NCBI GenBank assembly: GCA_020184695.1
Contig: JAANOX010000271.1
Span: forward strand, 124,001 to 188,000
Length of the DNA: 64,000 bases
From: Histomonas meleagridis 2922-C6/04-290x
Lineage: Eukaryota; Protista; Parabasalia
Direction: 5' to 3'
Part shown: in pieces, positions 36,501 through 46,347 of the stretch
Layout of the letters: each line of letters starts with the position of its first letter
Position numbering within the stretch: position 1 is the first letter of the stretch
Notes under the pieces: generated by a model
The model's input: the letters and a program-made list of their open reading frames with translations, nothing else
Databases searched by the model: none
What the model was told of the DNA's origin: nothing
Translations under genes and position numbers: made by a program

Positions 36501-37156
36501 TTTTGAAGTCGAAGGGCTGCCATAAGTTTTGGATCTTCTTTAAAGGATTTGTTCTTGGATGGAATATAATTATCTTTTGTAGAAAAAACATAATTATTAT
36601 GTGAGGCAGATTCTAATTTTCCATATGTTTTATTCATGTCTCTGTATATTTTGAGTGAAACATGACCTACTTTTGAAGCTGGATTAACAAGAATAGAGAA
36701 AATTTGATTATTTTGAAGTCTTAAAAAAATAGTTACTTTTGTGGATTTCTTGAATATTTGTTGTGGCTTTAGATTTAAAGAATTAACTTGACACATTTCC
36801 AGAAAATCTTTTATAAAAAATACAAATAAAGCCATTCTTTGATACCTAGTAGATGCCAAACGATTTGCAACAAAAATTGATGACAATAAAGACTGATCAA
36901 AAGGATTAGGAAGTGAAATTTTTTGAGGAAGTTTTTCGCTCATTTCAGGTGGATTGATATAAAGAACTTCATAAAATCCAGTTGCAGATGAATTTCTGCA
37001 AATTACATATTCTTTAATTTCGTTTTGTTCAATAATATTAATGATGTCTGAACCTTTTGAATTTTCAATGTTTGGATAAAAGTGCACTTTCCCGTTTGGT
37101 AAAACAACATCAAAATAATGAGAATCGCATGAGTATTTAGTTACTTTATTTGTCAT
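33518..37156 (-). CDS. Phosphatidylinositol 3-kinase (C2, PIK helical and catalytic domains)
   Basis: LVQALKYE, KVGDDLRQDQL, GIGDRHPGN and HIDFGHFLG motifs. Confidence 0.96.
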   Translation of the reverse strand: MTNKVTKYSCDSHYFDVVLPNGKVHFYPNIENSKGSDIINIIEQNEIKEYVICRNSSATGFYEVLYINPPEMSEKLPQKISLPNPFDQSLLSSIFVANRLASTRYQRMALFVFFIKDFLEMCQVNSLNLKPQQIFKKSTKVTIFLRLQNNQIFSILVNPASKVGHVSLKIYRDMNKTYGKLESASHNNYVFSTKDNYIPSKNKSFKEDPKLMAALRLQKMNPSEPQFLYYLSHKETSFELASQQYIKDFDLVSIKFDPETRSLNNSLAIERREIEKQRVDMLTKNPLMTQMRISEVYPPLNLSFITTNEQEISSPENQSTSQTEFQTESTAQAVALVKSRGRLAGINLKVDLRSSDITGASTTGLSVRVPYDETANGAIRMISEKFQKLTTVRGEQMSEARRSSMTDRPPNIEALVQKNDNPINFNPEDYVLVIPGMDEIIAGDTILIHFVCVRQFILSGQPIMNLLLVEKKTVIDSIFKMNLNYKIDANDLSDSKTSTPNPTNTTSKEPQPSDEKLDFTNGFPHNRAKDYLSVFISRITDLDPTLKPKRYLIQVTLIHGTQNLVEPQYTQVVYGSGSILFNERIFIPLPISNIPRAARISFTLYKATPQNKKKKGGGIATYNFPVFLFDGWLNSGEFIKKMWHHGIDYFLTTCESNESNPIRIHFNLPLYKYPIYYCPPNIEFKRPNELQIEEGSLARIKELRKMDPLTVLEENDRQLLWNVRCLLLRFSDLLPLFLSSIDYTKPEQVSEVQSLLQKWEKPSATSSLTLLDAKFADPIVRKYAVERLKELSDDEVRLYLLQLVQALKYELYDDSPLVHFLIKRCTTEPKFLGHSLFWQLMSEAHLSHIRDRFTKILINFVHGIGRYKDELLKAYQFTCTLVSINKEMEQMDHTMATDHLRQRLKSIEIPEEFHLPMDPRLIVKSFIIDQCKVMNSKKKPFWLTFENNSKFANGPVQTLFKVGDDLRQDQLTLQVMSVMEHLWQKEGLDLRMSCYGVLPTGLNQGFIEVVPNSTTEAALQQQQGTFSDEIYYKYISENGSNKSLPISIETFRLSSAGYAVATCVLGIGDRHPGNIMIQKDGHFLHIDFGHFLGNFKTKLGVQREKAPFHFTSASVNVINREPNGFALFEQDCGRALNILRKNSNLIITLFLLMIGTGIPELRKPKDIVYMKNMLMLDKTDEEAALEFNKKIKQSLESTRTKLNNWIHNIATN

Positions 37157-37406
37157 TTAGAAAAGTTGCACTTTTTTAATCAACAAAACAAAAAACGTAA
37201 ATATCTTGATGAAACCATATGATATATGGATGAAACTGAATTTCTGAAAAAACACTAATATTCATACAACATAACTTAAATTATAATTAAAAGTAAAATA
37301 TTTATATGAAATCTCAACATTCCATAGAAATGGAATGACAACAGTTGTCACTTTTATATAATAACGATCATTTAAAAACGAAAATTCTTTTTTTTTGTTT
37401 GTTTGT

Positions 37407-38843
37407 TTATTCATCATCTGGCGTTTCTTCTAATTTCGGCAATGAATTAATGAAACTAAAAATAATTCTAGACATTGATTCTGAACATTCATCATCCTGC
37501 TTTAATTTTAATGTTTCCAATAAACCTGAATTATCTAACTTTTCCATGCAGAAATCAAGCCAGCCTTCGTTTTGAGCGACATCAATTAATCTTTTTAACA
37601 TGTCCAATGTTAGTTCCATTTGTTTTGGTTCTAATTCGAACAAGATCATTGAATGAACAACATCGATGAAATCATTTTCAACCAACCTCTGAAATGCTTG
37701 AGTCGATACATAAGGGAATAATTTGGGTAAAATGTCTGTAGCATATTTAGCGGCCAAAAAAACATCATTTTCGATATAGAAAACCAAGTACTCTAAAATT
37801 TTAAAAATTTCATTTTCGGAACAGATATAATTTTCGGAATAGATCATATTCATTAAACAAAACATTAATAAACATTTTGTATTAGTATCATTTATATCAA
37901 ATAAATCCGATTCGATGATTTCTTTAAATGGGTAGTTTATCACTTTTATGTTTAGCATACAAATTGTTCCTATCGCTTTTAACGTTATATTTGTTAAATT
38001 TGTGTCTTGAAATTTAAGTGAAACTGCAAAAAGTGGACCAAATTCGTATCGTTGGATTACATCGTTCAGTCCGTTTTTGTGTAAGTCTAGGAGACAACAA
38101 AGTGCACTTGTTGACTGGGTTTTAGATGAAGCACTGCTCCCATATTCAAGAATATTATTTATTTCAACTACTAAACATTCTGCTTGTTCAAGACTTAAAT
38201 GCGTCTTACACATGCCGCAAATAAATTTGCAAATAGAGTTGATTAAATTCGTAGACGAATTAGGATCTTGAATCATTTCATGAACAAGATTAAAATCGAT
38301 AAGTGAATGTATGCACTCAATACACGCGTCATTGTCTTCAATAATAATGCTTAATAAATTAAAGATATCAATGAGAATTATTACTTGACACTTGGGAATA
38401 TCTTCCGACATTCTTTGAAACAGATTATTACAATGAACTAATGGTTTGGAAGGTAATAAATACGAAGAAAGATTAGCAAGGGTTCTGTAAATAAGTGAAA
38501 TAAGATCATTTGTAACTAATGGATGACTCATAAAATTGACTAGATATGTAACAACTTCATTAAAACAAATTATAGATGGATCAATATTTTTAGATTTTGT
38601 ACTAACAGCGCCATTTTTGGACGGATCTATTAATTCTATTAAGTAATTATTATAAAGACGAACAGAATTATAAATGTTAACAATATCACCATTTTGGTGT
38701 GCCTCCTTGATTTCATTGAAACGAATCATATATCTTTCTTCTTCTGGATTTTTTACAATATCATTTTTTGTTTTATCCCTAAAACGCTTTTTTTTTGGGC
38801 TTGCTTTGTAAGATATCATCAACCATGTTGTATTTCGTATCAC
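37407..38843 (-). CDS. ARM/HEAT-like helical repeat protein, 478 aa
   Basis: Intact ORF with a basic N-terminus and helical-repeat composition; the family call is an inference. Confidence 0.7.
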   Translation of the reverse strand: MIRNTTWLMISYKASPKKKRFRDKTKNDIVKNPEEERYMIRFNEIKEAHQNGDIVNIYNSVRLYNNYLIELIDPSKNGAVSTKSKNIDPSIICFNEVVTYLVNFMSHPLVTNDLISLIYRTLANLSSYLLPSKPLVHCNNLFQRMSEDIPKCQVIILIDIFNLLSIIIEDNDACIECIHSLIDFNLVHEMIQDPNSSTNLINSICKFICGMCKTHLSLEQAECLVVEINNILEYGSSASSKTQSTSALCCLLDLHKNGLNDVIQRYEFGPLFAVSLKFQDTNLTNITLKAIGTICMLNIKVINYPFKEIIESDLFDINDTNTKCLLMFCLMNMIYSENYICSENEIFKILEYLVFYIENDVFLAAKYATDILPKLFPYVSTQAFQRLVENDFIDVVHSMILFELEPKQMELTLDMLKRLIDVAQNEGWLDFCMEKLDNSGLLETLKLKQDDECSESMSRIIFSFINSLPKLEETPDDE

Positions 38844-38972
38844 ATGTCATTTCTAAATTCGACAAAAGGCCGTTATTGGGGCATCCTTATAAAAACGTTT
38901 ATGGTGTATGCAACTTTTTGATAAACTTGTAAAATGGACATTGTGAAGAATTGAAATGGTTTATTTTTCCAC

Positions 38973-41181
38973 ATGAGGTCAAAGGAACATTACAACTGGG
39001 AAACACTTCTATCGGTAAATCAAGCAATTTTTAGTTTGAATGAAGAAAGTTTTTCTACATCTTTAGGTTTAATAATCAACAAATTTGATGAAATCCATCC
39101 ATTATCTTATGATTTAATTATAATTCAAATGATATATTATTCCTATGTAATTAAATATAATAATGTTGATTTATTTTTGAATTTTATAAAAGAAATAAGA
39201 GCATTTGAAGAGAGTAATAAAATCAAATCCAATATATTTGATATATTTGGACGATTTCTTATTGATATTAATACAAATGAATCATCTTATCTTCTTGAAG
39301 CTATGATTGAACATAATTTTCTTGAACCAAACATTGTAAAAAACAACCAGAGTGTTTATTTTGTACATTATATGTCTAAAGAAGAATTAGCAATCCATTT
39401 AAGGGAGTATGATTTTGTAAATTATGAAGAACTTTCAAAGAATGATTGGGAATTACACAAGAAATTAATCAGAGAAGGACATAATCCAAATGAAATTTCA
39501 AAAATAATTCGAAATGATGAAATAGAAAAACTTCAAGAAATATCATCACAAGCAAACTTTGATTTTAATCAAACAATTGAACCATCTCTTTATGAAAGTT
39601 GTTCATTCATTAATCAATATAATGTATCATTAATTGATTATGCAGCATTTTTTAGATCAGTTAAATGTTTTAAATATTTACTTATGAATGAAGCTCGTGT
39701 AAGCAATACAGGTAAATATGCAGTTGCAGGTGGAAATGAAGAAATCATTCATTTATGTGAACAAAATAATTCAACTTTTGAGGATGCTTATGAAACAGCA
39801 ATTATGTTTCATCGAAATGATATCTTTAAATATTTTTATGATAATAAATTAAAAGATATTAATCATTTAGAAGAATTAGGAAAGCTTTGTATTTTATATC
39901 ATAATTATGAAATATTTTCATTTTTACTTAAAGAAGGATTGAAAATAAATAATGATATTATTAATGAAGCAGCAATTATTGGAAATATTTTTTTAGTTGA
40001 ATATTTTCTTAAAGAGCATTCAATTCCGCATGATATATTGGTATTTTCATCTGGATCAGGAAATATTGAACTTGTTGAATACGTTTTAAAACAAAAAGGA
40101 ATTGACATTAATGCTAAAGATATTTATTTGTTTTATTTAAATTTTATTTTAATATTTTGATATTTTAAAATAATATTTGGAAATTATTTAAATTATTTGC
40201 AACAGCACTTATATTAGCATCTTCAAAAGGTCACATAGAAATAGTTAAATTACTTCTTGAACAAGAAGGAATTGATATTAATGCTAAAAATATTCATTTG
40301 TTTCATATATTATTTATTTTAATAATTTATTATTTCAAAATAACATTTGGAAATTATTTAAATTATTTAATACAGCACTTATGAAAGCATCTGAATATGG
40401 TCATACAGAAATAGTTAAATTACTTCTTGAGCAAGAAGGAATTGATATTAATAGTAAAGATATTTATTTGTTTTATTTAATATTTATTTTAATGATTTAT
40501 TATATCAAAATACTATTTGGAAATTATTTAAACTATTTAGTACAGCACTTATAATAGCATCTTGGAATGGTCATACAGAAATAGTTAAATTACTTCTTGA
40601 GCAAGAAGGAATTGATATTAATGCTAAAAATATTTATTTGTTTTATTTAATATTTATTTTAATGATTTATTATATCAAAATACTATTTGGAAATTCTTTA
40701 AATTATTTAATACAGCACTTATGAATGCATCTGAATATGGTCATACAGAAATAGTTAAATTACTTCTTGAGCAAGAAGGAATTGATATTAATAGTAAAGA
40801 TATTTATTTGTTTTGCTTAAAATTTATTTTAATAATTTACTATTTCAAAATAACATTTGGAAATTCTTTAAATTATTTAATACAGCACTTATGAATGCAT
40901 CTGAATATGGTCATACAGAAATAGTTAAATTACTTCTTGAGCAAGAAGGAATTGATATTAATAGTAAAGATATTTATTTGTTTTATTTAATATTTATTTT
41001 AATGATTTATTATATCAAAATACTATTTGGAAATTATTTAAACTATTTAGTACAGCACTTATAATAGCATCTTGGAATGGTCATACAGAAATAGTTAAAT
41101 TACTTCTTGAACAAGAAGGAATTGATATTAATGCTAAAGATATTTATTTGTTTTGCTTAAAATTTATTTTTATTATTTTAA
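38973..41181 (+). CDS. Ankyrin-repeat protein, DUF3447-type (locus C), 588 aa after removing 26 spacers
   Basis: 2209 nt minus 26x17 nt gives 1767 nt, i.e. 589 codons ending in TAA at 41179-41181, with no internal stop. Confidence 0.85.
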
Positions 41182-41218
41182 ATTTCAAAATAATATTTGA
41201 AAATCATTCAAACTATTT
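40122..41218 (+). repeat. 170-nt tandem unit x7 (102 nt ankyrin coding + 4x17 nt spacers)
   Basis: The AAT-(GCT/AGT)-AAA anchor recurs near 40111, 40281, 40451, 40621, 40791, 40961 and 41131. Confidence 0.97.
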
Positions 41219-42052
41219 AAAACAGCACTTATTTTAGCATCAAAATATTGTAATATTGTGATTACACAACCGCAGTTCCACCAATAATATTCAAATTTCA
41301 TGTAATATACACAAATCACTATTTGGAAAAATCTTTTGTTCAAATTCGTGAAATAGTTATACATTTATAATAAAATGCATGCTGTGTCTAAGGCTAAGTA
41401 AATTATATCAATTACAGTCAAAACTATTAATATATCTACTAGAATGAAAATAAATTATGAAAATTTGATCTGCATTTTTATTGAGAAGATATTTGGTTGA
41501 GAAGTTAGTGGTTTTCGATCATTTCAAACGCAAATATGAACTTTTTCAAACAGGATCTAATGAATTAGATCTCGTGTAGTATCTTATAGTTCTTTCTTAA
41601 AAATCAAATAAAATAATTTTTTATTACATAATTTGTATTTATTCTATGAATAATAAAAATTGTTAATTTTTCATGAAAATAAATGAATTTTTTAATTTTG
41701 ACTTCATCCCATTTTCTATGCAATTTAACAAAGTAAATCACTAATAAATAACACTACAATTATTTTTATGAATAATTTCCAGAAAGTCGGGGAGTTGCAT
41801 ACATCTTATTCACACCGACCAAAAAGTATTACTCATGAATTCAAAACGTTTTGCGAAGCTCTATCCATCCAAAATTATAATCATGACTCGACTAACATTT
41901 TATATTATTGAAAACATATACAGATCATATTAGATGGATACGACTACATTTTGTTTTCCTGTATTTGGTTTCAGCTCATTTCAAGAAAAGTATTTAAATA
42001 CACGATAATATATTGAAAGAGAAAGATATTACATTTATTCATGATTTTATTT

Positions 42053-45000
42053 TTATGTAAACGTATTTAATTTGTTATAATTTTCTAACCACATTTTCCC
42101 AATTAATCTTAAAGCCTTTTTATGGTCATTTGTGTGATAACTTGAATCCACATCAAATGAGTTTGCTTCCAAGTATTTCATTTTGTTTTTCATTTCGCTT
42201 ATTTCCAAGCTTAATTGTTCATTTTCAACATTAACTTTATGTAATTCGGCTATTAATTGATCTTCAAATTTATTATCTTGAAACTCTAAAATGACTTTAC
42301 TTTGTTTATTATTAATTTCTTTCAGCTTTGCATTCTCTATTTGAAGTGAAGAAATTAATTTTTGGTTTTGTTCAAATGCATTTGATTTTTCTTTGAAAGT
42401 TTCGATTTCTTTTTTCATTGTGTTATTTGATGTTTCCAATACTTTAAGTTTCTTCTTTTGATGTTTTATCTTCTTACAAAATTCTTTTAATAATTTTTCA
42501 TATTTTAAGTTCGTCTTGATAAGATGTTGTTCCTTATTAATTTCGTCAGTTTGCGTTTGTTTGTTAAGTTTTCCTTCATGAAGTTGTATAACTTCATTTT
42601 GATTTTGTTTCCTTAATTCTTCGATATTTAATTTGAGTTTTATTAATTCGTTTTTGAATTTCTCATTTTCTGTTTTTAATTCATTGAATTTTTTGACATC
42701 AGAAAAATTATTTTCTGTTTCAAAATGTTTAAATTTTTGGAGTTCAGATTTAAGTTCAAAATTTTCTTTTTCAAGATTTTCATTTTTATTTCGAAAAGTT
42801 TCGATTTCATTTAATTGTTTTTGTTGTTGTTGTGATATTAAATCATCAAAAGATTTGATTTTGTTTTGATAATTTTCGTTTTCATTTTTCATTTTTACTA
42901 ATTCGTTTTTAATATTTTCGTTTTCTATCTTAAGTTTATCCAATTTATCATGTTTTTCTGATTCATTGTCTTGAGACTTAAGTTTTACCAATTCTTTTTT
43001 GAGATTTTCGTTTTCTAACTTCATGCTGTTATATATTTCATTTTGTTTTTCAGCAACACTTTGAGACTTAAGTTTTGTTAATTCTTCTTTCAGATTTTCA
43101 TTTTTCATTTTTACTAATTCGTTTTTAATATTTTCATTTTCTAACTTAAGTTTATCCAATTTGTCATGTTTTTCTGATTCATTGTCTTGAGACTTAAGTT
43201 TTACTAATTCTTTTTTGAGATTTTCATTTTCTAACTTAAGTTTATCCAATGCGTCATGTTTTTCTGATTCACTTTGAGACTTAAGTTTTGTTAATTCTTC
43301 TTTCAGATTTTCATTTTCATTTTTCATTTTTACTAATTCGTTTCTAATGTTTTCGCTTTCTAACTTTTGTTTATCATATAATTCGTCATGTTTTTCTGTT
43401 TCATTGTTTTGAGACTTAAGTTTTGTTAATTCTTCTTTAAGATTTTCAATTTCCAGTTTCAACTTATTAATTTTATTTGATTTTTTATTATTTTTGGAAG
43501 TTAATACATTTATTTGATTTTCAAGATTTTCTTTAATAATTTTTAGCTCATTAATTTCTTTTTCATTATTTTCCTTTAATTCATTCAAAGTTTCATTAGA
43601 ATTTTGTAATGAATTGAGTTTATTAACATTTAAATCATTTTCTTTTTTGATTTGATTAATTTCAATTTCTTTTTCTTCTTTATATTTATCGAAATTGTTT
43701 TGTATTTCATTTATTGTTTGGATCAATTCTTCTTCATTATTCGAATTCGATATATTATTTTGTTGTATTTCAATAATTTTATCATTTTGTCGAATTTTTT
43801 TAATAATATTTTCTTCGATTTCTTTAATTTTTTGATTTTTAGAAAATTCGATTTCATTAAATTTTTCTTCCAAATTAGAAACAGAAATACATAAAATAAA
43901 AGTTTCGAAATTTATTTTATTTTGTGGAATATTTAATAATATTTCTCCATAAACAAAATAAATATTCGAAGGAATTAAATTCGATTTATTTATAATTAAC
44001 TGTATAAATCCATTACTTTTAAGAAGTATTTCACAATATTCTTTTGAATCCAAACACATGCAAATAATAAATTCATAAAATGATTCGATATCAATATAAG
44101 AATTTATATTATTTAATAATTGGATAAAATATTCATGAAATAAATTTTTGATATTTGTTGAATTTAATAAACAAAAAACACATAAATTAAATACTTCTGT
44201 TGTTTTGATTTCTATTTCTTGAATTTTCTTCGAAAGTTCAATTAAATTCTCTTTGGAATTGTTAATATAATTTAAAAGCAAATTGTAAATATTAATTTCT
44301 TTGTTAATATATAAATAAATTATATCTTTCAACATTATAGTAATCTTCTCTGATAAAACTTGTGATCCTTGAATGCAAAATGTTAAAAGTTGTATACAAT
44401 CTTTTGAGTTTTTACCTTCTTTAGCATTGTTTAAAAGATCTTCAATAATTGTTGTATCGTTTAAAGAATCTCGAAATTTTTCATTAGATAAAAATATCTC
44501 AAGAAATCCAAACGATTCACGATTAGAGATCTTAATTAAAGGCTCAATATATTTAAGACACTCAGATTCTATAAAAAGATTTTGGTTTTCTTCATTGTTT
44601 TGAATGATTGAAAAAAGTGCAGATAAATACTCAGGATGTTCAACTGAAATTCGACGGGATAATGAAACAATAGTGTCTTTACCAATTAGAGTTTGAAAAG
44701 TGGTGTTTCCATTGATTATTGCAGGAATTGTTGATACGAACTTTTTGGAAATTTGCTCGTTTTTATCAGAAATTGAACTAAAAAGTCGAAGCATTTGTGG
44801 TGTGTTTTGAACGAGTATTTGTTGAAATTCATTTGGCTGTAAATATGCAAATTGCATTAATAAATGCATTGATTGTGTACGGATTTTAGTGGTTTTATAG
44901 TCAAGAAACTTTACAAAATAATCTAGTGTGTTTGGTTGTTCTAAGATATATCGTGAATTTGTATATCGATCATTACAATCATCGCGAACAAATTGATTCA

Positions 45001-45238
45001 AAATGAAAAAAATATTCAGAATTGTATTCTCATTTTTCGAAATGACCGGAATAATGTCAATCAAAATTGGTATGGCTTTTATAGCCATTTGCTTATTGTA
45101 ATTTGTTGATAAATCTCTTAATTGACCTACACAAAATTCGATGTTGCTTTTTTGAGAAAGCTGTTCTAACATCGCTTCTGCATATTCTTCATCTGTTTGT
45201 GATGGCTTTGCTACAAAAAGCCATTTCAGAAAACTCAT
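42053..45238 (-). CDS. Uso1/p115-like vesicle tether (ARM-type head plus long coiled coil)
   Basis: The head segment KIRTQSMHLLMQF...QQILVQNTPQMLRLFSSISDKNEQI resembles the p115 head from memory. The C-terminal half is coiled coil with tandem ENLKEELTKLKSQ repeats. Confidence 0.7.
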   Translation of the reverse strand: MSFLKWLFVAKPSQTDEEYAEAMLEQLSQKSNIEFCVGQLRDLSTNYNKQMAIKAIPILIDIIPVISKNENTILNIFFILNQFVRDDCNDRYTNSRYILEQPNTLDYFVKFLDYKTTKIRTQSMHLLMQFAYLQPNEFQQILVQNTPQMLRLFSSISDKNEQISKKFVSTIPAIINGNTTFQTLIGKDTIVSLSRRISVEHPEYLSALFSIIQNNEENQNLFIESECLKYIEPLIKISNRESFGFLEIFLSNEKFRDSLNDTTIIEDLLNNAKEGKNSKDCIQLLTFCIQGSQVLSEKITIMLKDIIYLYINKEINIYNLLLNYINNSKENLIELSKKIQEIEIKTTEVFNLCVFCLLNSTNIKNLFHEYFIQLLNNINSYIDIESFYEFIICMCLDSKEYCEILLKSNGFIQLIINKSNLIPSNIYFVYGEILLNIPQNKINFETFILCISVSNLEEKFNEIEFSKNQKIKEIEENIIKKIRQNDKIIEIQQNNISNSNNEEELIQTINEIQNNFDKYKEEKEIEINQIKKENDLNVNKLNSLQNSNETLNELKENNEKEINELKIIKENLENQINVLTSKNNKKSNKINKLKLEIENLKEELTKLKSQNNETEKHDELYDKQKLESENIRNELVKMKNENENLKEELTKLKSQSESEKHDALDKLKLENENLKKELVKLKSQDNESEKHDKLDKLKLENENIKNELVKMKNENLKEELTKLKSQSVAEKQNEIYNSMKLENENLKKELVKLKSQDNESEKHDKLDKLKIENENIKNELVKMKNENENYQNKIKSFDDLISQQQQKQLNEIETFRNKNENLEKENFELKSELQKFKHFETENNFSDVKKFNELKTENEKFKNELIKLKLNIEELRKQNQNEVIQLHEGKLNKQTQTDEINKEQHLIKTNLKYEKLLKEFCKKIKHQKKKLKVLETSNNTMKKEIETFKEKSNAFEQNQKLISSLQIENAKLKEINNKQSKVILEFQDNKFEDQLIAELHKVNVENEQLSLEISEMKNKMKYLEANSFDVDSSYHTNDHKKALRLIGKMWLENYNKLNTFT

Positions 45239-45631
45239 TTTTATTTTTAACGTTCATTTTTACTAATTAGACAGTTTTTATCTCAACGCTGATTTTATCA
45301 TATACCATGGTGTTTAACATCTATAACTATTGTTGCAGAACCTACTTTGGTATTGCTAACTAATTTCTATTTAAATTTTTTTGTTATCATTAAATACTAA
45401 AATTTCCATTATTTTTATTCATATTTTTTTGGAAAGACAAATATGACCATCAAATTCCATTGTTATATGCAACCTATGTTTCGTTTCTTTTTCTTTAAAT
45501 CACATGAGAACATGATGTTGAATAACATCACTGATCAATAAACGTGGTCAAAAATTATGGACTGGGTTACTTTGATACTTTGATAGTTGTAATTTTTTAA
45601 ATATAAAATAATTATTGAAATTGATCAAAAT

Positions 45632-46017
45632 TTACTGACTTTTTTTATGATGCCTTCTTCTTCTTTGGGAACTTGGTTCAGACCCGCCTTCTTGTGTTTG
45701 CTGGGATTCTGATTCTGTTTCTGTTTCTTGTTTCTGTTCTACTTTTTGTTCTTCGTTAGTCTCTTTGGCTTCTTCATGCTTCTTTGATCTCCTTTTCTTC
45801 TTTTTAGGTTCTTCTGGGGGTTTAGTGGATAGCTCGAGTAATTTCTTTTTTCGAAGTTCGTCTGCTGGATGTGGTTTTGCAAAACCATTTTCAATACAAT
45901 CAGAAACGAATTTTTCTGATGCTGTTGCAAGTTGATCCAATGCCATTACTGCCCTATCAATGTATTCACCTAACTGGAGTTAATAAAAAAACATACTATT
46001 TGCCCAAATTCACTCAT
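45632..46017 (-). CDS. 120-aa basic/acidic protein, two exons (46017-45997, 45973-45632)
   Basis: Splicing a 23-nt GT-AG intron joins MSEFGQI to LGEYIDRAVMALDQL in frame; an Inr lies just upstream. Confidence 0.75.
45974..45996 (-). other. 23-nt canonical spliceosomal intron
   Basis: GTATGTTTTTTTATTAACTCCAG has GTATG 5' site, TTAAC branch-like motif and CAG 3' site. It contains an in-frame TAA. Confidence 0.75.
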
Positions 46018-46027
46018 TGCGCCAACT

Positions 46028-46036
46028 AAAAAGTGA
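46028..46036 (-). promoter_or_regulatory. Parabasalid-type initiator (Inr)
   Basis: TCACTTTTT lies 10 nt upstream of the ATG at 46017 and matches the TCA(Y)(W) Inr of Trichomonas. Confidence 0.6.
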
Positions 46037-46347
46037 CATCACTTCACAGTGAAGTTTGTTTAAACGAACTCCCATTTCGTTAGGGTGCCCTATTTTAGGG
46101 TACTTCAAAAGTTGAATAAAAATGATCGTCATCAGATTTGAGAGTTGTACTGAAATAATTTTCTTCTCTTTTGACAATTCAGGAATACTATTTGTAACTA
46201 TCCCACAAATAATAGTAATTTCTGAATAAGGAAATACATGAAATTCATCATATGAAATGTGTGATTAATTAATTGATTAATATATAAAATTTATAAAAAT
46301 AATGCTTTTAAAAAAACTCTAGCTTTAAATTTATTGAAAGGATTTTA

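Noticed and set aside
40130-40205. GT...AG pair spanning an ankyrin insert as one canonical intron
   Set aside because: Removing these 76 nt leaves 94 nt per unit, breaks the frame, destroys the TAL motif and has no branch motif.
40122-41218. Matched-codon ribosomal bypassing of the T4 gene 60 or byp type
   Set aside because: Spacers end in TTT regardless of the preceding codon (GAT, AAT, GGA), so no matching landing codon exists. An unmatched hop is not excluded.
40122-41218. Kinetoplastid-style U-deletion editing or stop-codon reassignment
   Set aside because: Spacers contain many A and some G/C, so removing U alone cannot restore the frame, and long genes in the window use TAA/TAG/TGA as normal stops.
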